A DNA stretch of 64,000 bases from an uncultured delta proteobacterium (GTDB taxonomy: Bacteria; Myxococcota_A; Polyangia; Haliangiales; Haliangiaceae), in NCBI GenBank assembly GCA_963774445.1, contig CAVZFC010000035.1, forward strand, positions 5,470-69,469. Direction: 5' to 3'. The notes below the pieces were generated by a model. The model made no database searches. It was not told the DNA's origin and saw only the letters and a program-made list of their open reading frames with translations. Shown here in pieces: positions 50,007 through 61,240 of the stretch (position 1 is its first letter; the number at the start of each line of letters is the position of its first letter). Both the position numbers and the translations under genes were made by a program.

Positions 50007-50753
50007 TTGAGGCAGGTGATGGTGCTGGCGCTGGTCGTCGGCGTGGCGATGGTCATGCGTCCGCGCGCGGCGCGCGCCGACCGGTCGAGTGCGAGCGCGG
50101 ACCGCCACCTCAGCACCGGGTTGAGCTACTACCAGCGGCGCGACTACCAGCGCGCCATCAACGAGTTCCACGCCGGCTACGCCATCGCTCCGCGGCGCGA
50201 GTTCCTGTTCGCGCTGGGCCAGGCCGAGCGCCTGTCGGGCGATTGCCGCAGCGCCATCGTCTACTACCGTCAGTTCCTCAGCCGCAATCCGCCCGAGCGG
50301 CAGGCGACCGCGGCGTGGGAGCAGCTCAGACGCTGCAAGCAGGCCCTGGACGAAGGGCCGGGCGCCACTGCGCACCCGGTCGCCCGGCCGGCGCCGGTGG
50401 TTCATCCGGAGCCGCCGCCGCCCGCGCGCGCGGCCTGGTACACCGACGGCCCCGGCGACGCGCTGCTCGGCGGCGGCGTTGCGTTGACCGTCGCCTCGGT
50501 CGGCATGCTCCTGGCGGCCAACGTCGCCGCCGCCGACGCGCGCTCGGCCACTAGCTACCCGCAGTTCGATCAGCGCGCCGCTGCCGTGACCACGCGCCGT
50601 CACCTGGCGGTCGGCTTTGCGGTCGCCGGGGCGTTGGCGGTGAGCGGCGCCGTCTACCGGTTTGCCACGCGGGGCCGGCGCAGTCGGGAGCGCCGGGTCG
50701 CGCTGGTGCCGACCGCGGGCGGCGCGGCCCTGGCGATCGGGGGCATTTTTTGA
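50007..50753 (+). CDS. TPR-repeat protein with signal/TM segment
   Basis: An RBS (GAGGGAGGGG) precedes the start. The protein has an N-terminal hydrophobic segment, TPR-like motifs (YYQRRDYQRAINEF, AIVYYRQFL) and a C-terminal TM segment. It lies immediately downstream of the kinase. Confidence 0.55.
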   Translation: MRQVMVLALVVGVAMVMRPRAARADRSSASADRHLSTGLSYYQRRDYQRAINEFHAGYAIAPRREFLFALGQAERLSGDCRSAIVYYRQFLSRNPPERQATAAWEQLRRCKQALDEGPGATAHPVARPAPVVHPEPPPPARAAWYTDGPGDALLGGGVALTVASVGMLLAANVAAADARSATSYPQFDQRAAAVTTRRHLAVGFAVAGALAVSGAVYRFATRGRRSRERRVALVPTAGGAALAIGGIF

Positions 50754-52033
50754 TGGCGCGCGCGGCCCTCGCCGTCGCCACCGCCGCGCTGGCCGGCTGC
50801 ATCGATCCCGGCGCCTTCATCTGCGCCCAGGACGCCGACTGCGGCAGCGGCGGCGCGTGCGAGCCGGCCGGCTTCTGCAGCTTTGCCGACACCGACTGCG
50901 ACAGCGGGCGCCGCTACGGCGAGCACTCCGGGTCGCTCGCCTCGACCTGCGTCGGCGACACCTCCGGCGGAGACGGCATGGTCGAAATCGCCCTGGGCGC
51001 CGACCACGCCTGCGCCCGCGACGCCGCCGGCGCCATCGCCTGCTGGGGCAGCAACGTCAACGGCGCCCTCGGCGACGGCACCACCGACGACGCTTCCGCG
51101 CCCATCGCCGTGGCCGGCCTGCCCCCGGTGACCAGGCTGGCAGCGGGCGAGCTGCACACCTGCGCCATCGCCGACGGCATCGTCTGGTGCTGGGGCGGCG
51201 GCGACCACGGCCAGCTCGGCGACGGCGACCGCCACGACCGCGGTACGCCGGCGCCGATCGCGGGCCTGACCGACGAGCCGGAGCTGTCGCAGGTGGTCAA
51301 CCTGGCGCTGGGCGAGTTCCAGTCGTGCGCGCTGACCAGCGGCGGCGCCGTCTACTGCTGGGGCGAGAACCAGTACGGCCAGCTGGGGCTGGGCGACACC
51401 GACGAGCGCGCCACTCCCGCGCGCGTGGCGGTGAGCGGCATCGTCTCGCTGGTCGCCGACGGCGACGACACCTGCGCGATCGCCACCGACCACACAGTCT
51501 ACTGCTGGGGTAAGAACCAGTACGGGCAGCTGGGGCTGGGCGACACCGACGACCGGTTGTCGCCGACGCGCGTGCCGTGGCTCGACGACACTGTGTTCGA
51601 CGTCGGCGGCGATCACCTCTGCGCCATCGACGCCGCCGGCGCGACCCGCTGCGCCGGGCGCAACGACTACGGCCAGATCGGCGACGGCAGCATCGAAGCG
51701 CGGTCCCGGCCGGTGGTGGTGCAGGGGATGCCCAGCGCCGTCGAGCTGGCGGCCGGCGACTGGTTCACCTGCGGCCGCACCTTCGACGACGTTCGCTGCT
51801 GGGGCCGCAACGACGACGGCGAGCTGGGCGACGGTCCGGGCGACAACCGGAACAAGCCGAAGAAGCCGGTCGGCCTGGTCGCCCGCGCCGGGCGGATCGC
51901 GGCCGGGGAGCGACACGTCTGCGCCCTGGCCATCGACGGCGCGGTCTGGTGCTGGGGAGCCGACGACCTGGGCCAGCGCGGCGACGGCGATCAGCCGGGC
52001 AACGCGCCGGTGAGCCGGGTCGCCTTCCCCTGA
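50753..52033 (+). CDS. RCC1-repeat (regulator of chromosome condensation-like) lipoprotein
   Basis: Lipobox LAGC. The protein contains six or more repeats of the pattern HxCAxxxxGxxxCWGxNxxGQLGxG. Its start overlaps the TPR gene stop (TGATG). Confidence 0.7.
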   Translation: MARAALAVATAALAGCIDPGAFICAQDADCGSGGACEPAGFCSFADTDCDSGRRYGEHSGSLASTCVGDTSGGDGMVEIALGADHACARDAAGAIACWGSNVNGALGDGTTDDASAPIAVAGLPPVTRLAAGELHTCAIADGIVWCWGGGDHGQLGDGDRHDRGTPAPIAGLTDEPELSQVVNLALGEFQSCALTSGGAVYCWGENQYGQLGLGDTDERATPARVAVSGIVSLVADGDDTCAIATDHTVYCWGKNQYGQLGLGDTDDRLSPTRVPWLDDTVFDVGGDHLCAIDAAGATRCAGRNDYGQIGDGSIEARSRPVVVQGMPSAVELAAGDWFTCGRTFDDVRCWGRNDDGELGDGPGDNRNKPKKPVGLVARAGRIAAGERHVCALAIDGAVWCWGADDLGQRGDGDQPGNAPVSRVAFP

Positions 52034-52230
52034 GCGCGAGAATCGCTCCTTGGCGGGCAATGCCTTCCGTTCGGTTTTCTCAGCCTTTCGCGGAGTTGCC
52101 GTGGCTGGGGGCGGCCGGCCTCGGGCAAAGTTCCCTCGTCAGGACGCGGCGTTAGCTCATAAGTGATGGAATAACAGCAGGTTGGCGAACTGGACGGCGC
52201 CAATGGCGAGGGTAGACTGCCGGCGAAGCC

Positions 52231-53391
52231 ATGAAGCGCACACGAATCCTGGTTCTCTGGAACAACGTCGGCGAAGACATCTACGAGCTGTGGAAGCAGA
52301 CCGGGCCGGCCAAGCTGGCCTGGGATCCCGAGAGCACCGCGGCCGAGGTGGAGACCGTCCAGGAGGAGCTCGACGCCTTCCTCGCCGCCCTGCGCGAGGG
52401 CGGCTACGACGTCCACTGCGTCAACGCCGCCGACGACCTCGAGCGGGTGATGGCCTCGATCCGCCTGTACGAGCCGGATCTGGTCTTCAATCTGGTCGAG
52501 TATTTCAACGAGGACGAGGGGCTCGAGGCCAGCATCGCCGGGCTCTACGAGCTGCTCGGGGTCGAGTACACCGGCAGCCGGGCCCCGACCCTGGCCCTGT
52601 GCCAGAACAAGGTCCGCACCAAGATGCTGCTCCAGGCCGCCGGCCTGCCGACCGCCCGCTACATGGTGGTGGACGCCGAGCCGGTGCCGGACGCCGCCGC
52701 CAGCGGCCTGCGCTTCCCGATGATCGTCAAGCCGGCCCTCGAGGACGCGTCGGGCGGCATCGAGGACGAGTCGGTGGTCCAGGACCAGGCGGCCCTGGAG
52801 GCCCGGGTCCGCCACGTGCTGGAGGTGTTCGAGCAGCCGGCCCTGGTCGAGGAGTATATCGACGGCCGCGAGATCCACGCCGCCGTGCTGGGCAACGACG
52901 ACCCCGAGGTGCTGCCGCTGTTCGAGATGGAGTTCGACGACAGCTACTTCCACGAGGACGAGGACGACGCCTTCCGCCCGCACATCATCTCGTACAGCGC
53001 CAAGTGGGATCCGACGGCCCAGGCGTTCTACACGATGGAAGCCGTCTGCCCGGCGCCGGTCGAGCCAGCCCTGGCGGCGCGCATCCGCGAGGTGGCGACG
53101 CGCGCGTTCAAGGTGATGGATTGCCGCGACTACGCCCGCGTCAACCTGCGCGTGGACCAGGACGGCCAGCCGTTCATCCTCGAGGTCAATCCCAACCCGG
53201 ACCTGGCCAAGGACGGCGCCTTCGAGACCTGCGCGGCTGCGCGCGGCTACAGCTACGCGCAGACCCTGGCCACCATCGTCGAGCAGGCGCTGGCCCGCAC
53301 TCGCGAGGACGAGACCGACCCGGCGACCCCCACGCCGGAGAACACCGACCAAATGTGGCAGCGCCACCGGCGGCGGCAGGACGCGGCGTAG
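52231..53391 (+). CDS. ATP-grasp protein, D-alanine--D-alanine ligase family
   Basis: Ddl_N-like N-terminal domain, ATP-grasp core (MIVKPALEDASGGI, EEYIDGREIHAAVLG, ILEVNPNPD). Confidence 0.7.
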   Translation: MKRTRILVLWNNVGEDIYELWKQTGPAKLAWDPESTAAEVETVQEELDAFLAALREGGYDVHCVNAADDLERVMASIRLYEPDLVFNLVEYFNEDEGLEASIAGLYELLGVEYTGSRAPTLALCQNKVRTKMLLQAAGLPTARYMVVDAEPVPDAAASGLRFPMIVKPALEDASGGIEDESVVQDQAALEARVRHVLEVFEQPALVEEYIDGREIHAAVLGNDDPEVLPLFEMEFDDSYFHEDEDDAFRPHIISYSAKWDPTAQAFYTMEAVCPAPVEPALAARIREVATRAFKVMDCRDYARVNLRVDQDGQPFILEVNPNPDLAKDGAFETCAAARGYSYAQTLATIVEQALARTREDETDPATPTPENTDQMWQRHRRRQDAA

Positions 53392-53413
53392 GCGCTAGCG
53401 CTACCCTGCGGCG

Positions 53414-54151
53414 GTGAACCTGCTGCTCGTGGAGCCCGGCGAGCTCGCCGGCGACGTCGTCTGGCTTGCCGACCGCCGCGCCCGCCACGTGACGGCGGTG
53501 CTGGGTGCCTGTGTCGGCGATCGCGTGCGCGTCGGCGTGGTGCGCGGCGCCAAGGGGTGCGGTGTCGTCGAGACGCTGGACGGCGGGTGCGTCCGCCTGC
53601 GGGTGGAGCTGGAGGACGAGCCGGAGGCGCCGCCGCCCGTCAGCCTGGTGCTGGCGCTGCCGCGGCCCAAGTCGCTGTCGCGCGCCCTCGAGACCGCGGC
53701 GCAGCTCGGCGTGCGCCGCATCGATCTCGTCAACGCCTGGCGCGTCGACAAGAGCTACTTCGACTCGCCGCGCCTGGCGGACGAGTCGCTGCGCGAGGCC
53801 GTGCTGCTCGGGTGCGAGCAAGGCGCGACGACCTGGGTCCCGGAGGTGGCGGTGCACCGGTTGTTCGCGCCGTTCGCGCGAGGCGCGCTGGCCGAGCGCC
53901 TCGGCGACGCACGGGGCATCGTGCTGCATCCGCGCGACGCGGCGCCGATCGAGGCCGTGCTATCGGAGGCGGGCGCTGGCGCGAACGAAGAGATCGTCGT
54001 GGCTATCGGCCCCGACGGCGGCTGGATCGATCGCGAGCTTTCGACGTTCGACGAGATCGGCTTCCGGCGGGCGACCTTGAGCGAGCGCGTCCTGCGCACT
54101 GACGTCGCCGTCGCGGCGGCCCTGGCGCAGCTCGAGCTTCTGCGGCGGTGA
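53414..54151 (+). CDS. rsmE: 16S rRNA (uracil1498-N3)-methyltransferase
   Basis: N-terminal PUA-like domain plus a SPOUT domain. The product is about 245 aa, consistent with RsmE-family proteins. Confidence 0.85.
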   Translation: MNLLLVEPGELAGDVVWLADRRARHVTAVLGACVGDRVRVGVVRGAKGCGVVETLDGGCVRLRVELEDEPEAPPPVSLVLALPRPKSLSRALETAAQLGVRRIDLVNAWRVDKSYFDSPRLADESLREAVLLGCEQGATTWVPEVAVHRLFAPFARGALAERLGDARGIVLHPRDAAPIEAVLSEAGAGANEEIVVAIGPDGGWIDRELSTFDEIGFRRATLSERVLRTDVAVAAALAQLELLRR

Positions 54152-54187
54152 TGGCGTAGTCTCGGGATCTACGTCTGTGCCGACTCG

Positions 54188-54493
54188 TTGCTCGTCGGCA
54201 GTGCGGGCTTCATGGGCCGTCCCGTCGATGGGACGGCCGAGATCGGCTACTCGATCTGCGAGCGATATCGAGGGAGAGGCTTTGCCACCCGCGCGGTCGG
54301 CGCGCTGGTGGGGCGAGCCGAGGCGGCCGGCGTCCCGCGGCTCATCGCCCGCACGACCTCCTCCAATGTCGGGTCGATCATCGTGCTGCAGCGCAACGGC
54401 TTCGCCCCGGCAACGGCCGATCCGGACGGGTCTCTGTTGTTCAGTCGGCGTGCCGTGAGACAGGCGCCGCCGACCAGCGGTCCACGGCTCTAG
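54188..54493 (+). pseudogene. GNAT N-acetyltransferase C-terminal fragment (remnant)
   Basis: Only the C-terminal ~100 aa of a GNAT fold is present (EIGYSI..RYRGRGFATRAV....NVGSIIVLQRNGF). The N-terminal half is missing, and an in-frame stop lies immediately upstream. Confidence 0.4.
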
Positions 54494-55047
54494 GAGGTCG
54501 CATCGGAGCGATCGAGGAGATCCTCGAGAAAGAACGCCGCCAATTCGTGGCGGCCGGCGAGGCCGGCCTTCTTGTACAGGGCTCGCGCCTGCTGGCGCAC
54601 GGTGGTCTCGCCGACGCCGCGCACGGCGGCGATCTCCTTGTGGCTGAGGCCCTTGAGCAGCAGCAGCGCGACGGCGCTCTCGGCGTCGGTGAGCTGCCAG
54701 CGGGCGAGCTGGCGGTCGATGGCGGCGGACAGGCCGGTGATGAGCTCCGCGGCTTCGGTGCGCCAGCGGGAGGCTTCCTCGCGGGAGGCTTCGAGCTGAC
54801 TGCCCAGGGCGTCGGCGAGCGCGGCGGCGTCGCGGGCGTCGCGGCGCAGGCGCGTCATCTGGCGGGCCGCGATCCCGGCGCCGGCCAGGGCTGCCAGCAT
54901 GGCGGCGCCTTCGAGGGCGACGTGGGCGAAGGTGCTGCCGCGCCCGAGATCGGTGGCAATGTCCACTCCCGCGAGCACGGCGACCGCGGCGAACACCAGC
55001 GCCAGGGCGCCGGCGCGCCGCACGTCCGTGGGGGGATGTTCCTCCAA
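54490..55047 (-). CDS. LuxR-family transcriptional regulator with N-terminal membrane segments
   Basis: C-terminal LuxR HTH (LTDAESAVALLLLKGLSHKEIAAVRGVGETTVRQQARALYKKAG) and two N-terminal hydrophobic helices. Confidence 0.7.
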   Translation of the reverse strand: MEEHPPTDVRRAGALALVFAAVAVLAGVDIATDLGRGSTFAHVALEGAAMLAALAGAGIAARQMTRLRRDARDAAALADALGSQLEASREEASRWRTEAAELITGLSAAIDRQLARWQLTDAESAVALLLLKGLSHKEIAAVRGVGETTVRQQARALYKKAGLAGRHELAAFFLEDLLDRSDATS

Positions 55048-55133
55048 GTTGGCGATATTCGGCTTTTATCACATCCGTGCAATGGCGCTCTGCGGGCGAC
55101 AGCGGCAAGGTGGGCGGGCAAGGAGAAATGCCC

Positions 55134-55655
55134 ATGTCCAGCCTGTTCTTCCATCCCAAAGTCGTTCACTTCCCCATCGCCCTCGCGGTCTTGATGCCCC
55201 TCATCAGCGGCGGGCTGCTCCTGGCCTGGTGGCGCGGTTGGTTGCCCAAGCGCACCTGGTGGGTCGCTGTGGTCCTGCAGGCGTTGCTCGTCATCTCCGG
55301 GTTCGTCGCCATCGATGCCGGCGGCGACGACGAGGAGCGTGTCGAAAAGGTCGTCTCCGAGTCGCTGATCGAAGCCCACGCCGACGCGGCGGACCTGTTC
55401 GTCGGGGTGGCGTGCGGCGTGCTGGCGCTCGCGGCGGCGGGCGCCTTGCTCAAGGGCCGCATCGGGGCGGCCGCGGCGGTGGCCGCGGCGGTCGGCACGG
55501 TGGTCGTGCTCGGGCTCGGCTATCGCGTGGGCGAGCGCGGCGGCGCCCTGGTCTACGAGCACGGTGCGGCGCAGGTATGGACGGGCGGTGCGGCCGGCGC
55601 CGGCGCCGGACCGGGGGCGCCCGCGGCAGCGCATCACGACGACGATGATGACTGA
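55134..55655 (+). CDS. membrane protein (DUF2231-like)
   Basis: An AAGGAG RBS precedes the start. The protein has about four TM helices, a poly-Asp C-terminus and a HPKVVHFPIAL motif. Confidence 0.55.
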   Translation: MSSLFFHPKVVHFPIALAVLMPLISGGLLLAWWRGWLPKRTWWVAVVLQALLVISGFVAIDAGGDDEERVEKVVSESLIEAHADAADLFVGVACGVLALAAAGALLKGRIGAAAAVAAAVGTVVVLGLGYRVGERGGALVYEHGAAQVWTGGAAGAGAGPGAPAAAHHDDDDD

Positions 55656-55658
55656 CGA

Positions 55659-57326
<1,668 letters not shown>

Positions 57327-57400
57327 AAGCTATCCCACCGCGAGCGTCCGACCAAGCACGCCTTGACAGCCGGTGGGGCGGCGCCGGACCCTCTTGCCGG

Positions 57401-59635
57401 GTGGGTATGGAACCAGTTTCGCTCGAGTCCCGAATCGACGCCGTCACCGTCTACGCGCAGGGGGCGCGGGTGGCCCGGGCGGCCGTCCTCGCCCGCGGCG
57501 ACGGCTATCCCGCCACCGTGGTCCTCGGTGGCTTGCCGCTCTGTCTGCGCGACGACTCGGTGCGTGTGCGCGTGGAGGCCGACGGCGCCGGGCTGCCGCC
57601 GACGGCAACCGACGTCCACGTGACTCTCGATGCGACCGACCCCGACGAGACCAAGCGGCCGGCGGTGGGCGAGGTGCTGGAGGCGGCGCGCATCGAGGAG
57701 CGCCGACTCGAGGCGCTGGTCGAGCAGGTGCGGCGCGAGCTGGGGCGGTTGGGGCAGCTCGAGCTGTCCGCGCGCGCCGCGCCCGTGGAAGAGGCGCCGC
57801 CGGCCACCCCGGCCAATGCGCGCCTGGCGCTGATCGAGCTGCGCGAGCGCGAGGCCCGCGCGCTGACCGAGGAGCTGGTCGAGCTCGATCGAAAGCTCGA
57901 TGACGCTCGGCGCCGCCGCGCCGATCTGGAGCAAGAGGATCGCGCCGCCACCAGCGCGCGCCAGGTGCGCGAGCACGAGCTGCGCAAGGCGGCGGTGATC
58001 CACCTGTCGTCCGGCGTCGCCAGCGCCCCCGGCGCCCGCGTGGTAATCGAGTACCAGGTGCCCGGCGCGCGCTGGGCTCCGGCCTACGCGCTGCGCATGG
58101 ATCGCGGCATGACCCGCGCGCGCCTGGAGATGCGCGCGGTGATCGCCCAGCGCACGGGCGAAGACTGGAGCGGCGTCGGCCTGACCGTGTCGACCGCCGA
58201 CATGTTGCGCTGGACCGAGTTGCCGGAGCTGCGCAGCGTGCGCATCGGCCGCCGCCAGCCGCCGGTGGCGCGCGCCGGCTGGCGACCTCCGCCCGAAGAC
58301 ACCGGCGAGCTGTTCCGCGACTGGGACCGCGCCTTCCGCGGCAAGCTGCAGGCGCAGGCACCGGCGAGCGAAGCGGCCATGCCGACCGGCGGTGCCGCCG
58401 CCGCGGCGGAAGACACCGGGCGAATGCGCGAGACCGAGATCATGGACATGCTGTCGGCCGACGAGGCGATGGCCGCCGAGATGCCGATGCCGCCGCCGGC
58501 TCCGCAAGCGGCGCCCGCACCGGACTACATGGTTCGCACTTCTGCCGCGCGCGGCGGCGGCGGCCTCCTCGGCGCGGTCTTCGGCGCCGCCCAGTCCGCG
58601 GTCCCGAAAAAGCGGTCGCGCCGCGCCGCTCCCGTCGCCAAGTCGGCGCCGATGCCACCGGGCGCGATGATGAGCGGCGCGGCCGCCTTCTACGACGAGC
58701 CGGCGCCGGAGCCCGAGCCGGAGCCCGCCGGCCTCGCCGTCGGCGACGCGCTGCTCCGCTACGGTGAGCTGCGCATGGCGCCGCCGGACAGCCCGCGGCG
58801 CGGCCACCTGACCGTGGCGACGCGCCAGGAGGTCTACCTCGAGCTGCTCGTTGCCCAGGAGGTGACCGTCGAGGTCGATCTCCTGGGCGCGCTTGCCCGC
58901 GCCGAGCGCCGCGCCGCCGAGCTCGACGATGGCGCCTTGCCGGCCGGCTGTCACTACGTCTGGTCGCGCGACTACGACCACGCCTATCCGGCGGCGACGC
59001 GCATCGACGTGCCGTCCGACGGTAGCTTTCACGCCGTCGCGCTGGCCGCCGCCGACGCCGACGTCCGCCGCCGCTACGTGGTGGTGCCGCGCGAGTCGTG
59101 CGACGTCTTCCGCACCGCCGAGCTGGAAAACCCGCTCGACGCGCCGCTGATGGCCGGCCCGGTCGACGTCTACCTGGGCGACGACTTCCTGCTCACCGCG
59201 CCGCTCGACGTCACCGCCGCGCGCGGCCGGCTCGAGCTCGGTCTCGGCGTAGAGCAGGGGATCAAGGTCGCGCGCAACGCCCGCTTCCGCGAGGAGTCGG
59301 CCGGTCTGATCGGCGGGTCGCTCGAGCTGCACCATCAGATCGTCGTCAACGTCAACAACAACCTCGAACAGCCGGCGCCGATGGAGGTGCGGGAGCGCCT
59401 GCCGGTGGTGCCCGAGGCGCAGGCCGACGAGATCAAGCTGACCGTCGGTCAGGTGACGCCGGAGTGGCAGCCATACGAACAGACTGCGCGCTCGGCCGCC
59501 GAGGTGTCGCTGGAAGGTGGCCACCGCTGGCGGGTCGAGGTCGCTGCCGGTGCCAGCACGTCGCTGCGCGCCGAGTACGTCGTCAAGATCTCGTCCAAGC
59601 ACGAGCTGGTCGGCGGCAACCGGAGGGAGTCGTGA
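57401..59635 (+). CDS. DUF4139 domain protein (MuiA-like) with long Ala/Pro-rich insertion
   Basis: N-terminal DUF4140-like and C-terminal DUF4139-like regions, with a central coiled-coil/low-complexity stretch. Confidence 0.65.
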   Translation: MGMEPVSLESRIDAVTVYAQGARVARAAVLARGDGYPATVVLGGLPLCLRDDSVRVRVEADGAGLPPTATDVHVTLDATDPDETKRPAVGEVLEAARIEERRLEALVEQVRRELGRLGQLELSARAAPVEEAPPATPANARLALIELREREARALTEELVELDRKLDDARRRRADLEQEDRAATSARQVREHELRKAAVIHLSSGVASAPGARVVIEYQVPGARWAPAYALRMDRGMTRARLEMRAVIAQRTGEDWSGVGLTVSTADMLRWTELPELRSVRIGRRQPPVARAGWRPPPEDTGELFRDWDRAFRGKLQAQAPASEAAMPTGGAAAAAEDTGRMRETEIMDMLSADEAMAAEMPMPPPAPQAAPAPDYMVRTSAARGGGGLLGAVFGAAQSAVPKKRSRRAAPVAKSAPMPPGAMMSGAAAFYDEPAPEPEPEPAGLAVGDALLRYGELRMAPPDSPRRGHLTVATRQEVYLELLVAQEVTVEVDLLGALARAERRAAELDDGALPAGCHYVWSRDYDHAYPAATRIDVPSDGSFHAVALAAADADVRRRYVVVPRESCDVFRTAELENPLDAPLMAGPVDVYLGDDFLLTAPLDVTAARGRLELGLGVEQGIKVARNARFREESAGLIGGSLELHHQIVVNVNNNLEQPAPMEVRERLPVVPEAQADEIKLTVGQVTPEWQPYEQTARSAAEVSLEGGHRWRVEVAAGASTSLRAEYVVKISSKHELVGGNRRES

Positions 59636-61179
59636 TGGAGCGGACCGCGCTGTCGGCGCCCGTCGTCGAGGTGGTGCTGCTGGAGGACCGCGCCCACGTC
59701 TACCGCCGGGGCCAGATCGAGCTGCCGGCCGGAGCGGCCCGCCTGGTGATCGACGCCGTCGCCCCGGTGATGGTCGACAAGACGCTGTCGGTCGCCACTG
59801 GCGGCCGCGCCACGGTGGTGTCGGCCCGCGTCGAGCGGCGCCTGATCGTCCGCGATCGCGATGGCGAGGGCGACCTGGCCCAGCTCGAGCGCCAGCTCGA
59901 CGAGGTCGACCGCGAGCTCGAGACGCTTTCGCGCGAGCGGGCCATGGTCCGCGGTCGGGCCGACGCCCTCGACGCCCTGGCCAAGATGACCTACGGCGAC
60001 CTGTCGACCGACGTCTCCTGGGGACGCGCCCCCGCCGGCGACATCGCCGCGCAGCTGGGCGAGCTGCGCGAGCGCGAGCGCGCCGACCGCGTGCGCACAG
60101 CTGAGCTCGAGCGGCAGGAAAACGAGCTGCGCGCGACGCGCGAGCGGCTGGCCTGGCGCGTCGAGCTGGCGACCAACCCGTCGTCGGACGCCCACACCGC
60201 GATCGTGATCGATCTCGAGCTGGCGTCGGCCGCCGCGGTCGAGCTGCGCGTCGATTACGTGGTGCCATGCGCTTGCTGGCGCCCGCAGCATCGCGCCCGC
60301 TTGATCGAAGACGACGACGGCGCGCGGCTCGAGCTGACGACCGACGCCTGCGTCTGGCAGTCGACCGGCGAGGACTGGACCGGCGTGACCCTGGCGCTGT
60401 CGACCGAGCGCGCGTCGCTGGGCGCCGAGCCTCCCCGGCTCATCAGCGATCGCCTGCGCTGGAAGAAGCGCAGCGAGGAGGTCGTGGTCGAGGCACGCGA
60501 GCAAGCGGTCGTCGACGCCGGTCTGGGCAGCGCGCGCGCCGTGGACGAGCTGCCCGGCATCGACGACGCCGGTGAGCCGGTCAGCCTGCGCGCCGAGGCG
60601 CCGGCCGACGTCCCCAGCGACGGCCGTCCGCACCGGATCCCGATGGCGCGCTTCGAGGCGCCGGCCGAGGTCGCGCTGGTCGCCTATCCCGAGCTGACCC
60701 CCACGGTGATCACCAAGGTCACCCTGGTCAACGGTGGCAGCGCGCCGATTCTGGCAGGCCCGGTCGAGCTGATCCGCGCGAGCGGCCCGGTCGGGCGTAC
60801 CTCGGTGCTGTACGTGGCGCCCGAGGAGCGCTTCGAGCTCGGCTTCGGGCCCGAGCCGGAGCTGCGGGTGAAACGGTCGGTCGAGGAAGACAAGGAGAAG
60901 TCGCGGGTGCTCAGCTCCTGGAGCTCGCAGGGGCGGACGGTGAAGGTGACTCTGTCCAACCTGGGCGACGAGGCCCGGCGGATCGAGGTCACCGAGCGGG
61001 TCCCGGTCTCCGAGATCGAAAAGGTCGAGATCGAGGTCGCCGCCAAGCGAACCACCCGGGGCGCCACGCCCGAAGCCGACGGCTTCGTCACCTGGACCGT
61101 CGAGCTGTCCCCGTACGGCGCCGACGAGCTACAGCTCTGTTACACGGTCAGGAAGCACGACGACGTCGTCGGCCTGTGA
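59635..61179 (+). CDS. DUF4139 domain protein (paralog of upstream gene)
   Basis: The start ATG overlaps the upstream stop (TGATG). The protein is collinear with the upstream paralog (VYRRG/VYAQG, coiled-coil, CAC/WRP, GEDWTGV, LSTE/STAD motifs). Confidence 0.65.
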   Translation: MERTALSAPVVEVVLLEDRAHVYRRGQIELPAGAARLVIDAVAPVMVDKTLSVATGGRATVVSARVERRLIVRDRDGEGDLAQLERQLDEVDRELETLSRERAMVRGRADALDALAKMTYGDLSTDVSWGRAPAGDIAAQLGELRERERADRVRTAELERQENELRATRERLAWRVELATNPSSDAHTAIVIDLELASAAAVELRVDYVVPCACWRPQHRARLIEDDDGARLELTTDACVWQSTGEDWTGVTLALSTERASLGAEPPRLISDRLRWKKRSEEVVVEAREQAVVDAGLGSARAVDELPGIDDAGEPVSLRAEAPADVPSDGRPHRIPMARFEAPAEVALVAYPELTPTVITKVTLVNGGSAPILAGPVELIRASGPVGRTSVLYVAPEERFELGFGPEPELRVKRSVEEDKEKSRVLSSWSSQGRTVKVTLSNLGDEARRIEVTERVPVSEIEKVEIEVAAKRTTRGATPEADGFVTWTVELSPYGADELQLCYTVRKHDDVVGL

Positions 61180-61240
61180 TTCCCGGATTCCCGGTTTCGG
61201 GTCTGGCCTTCGCGGCCGCGATGGGTAGAATGCCCCGTCC

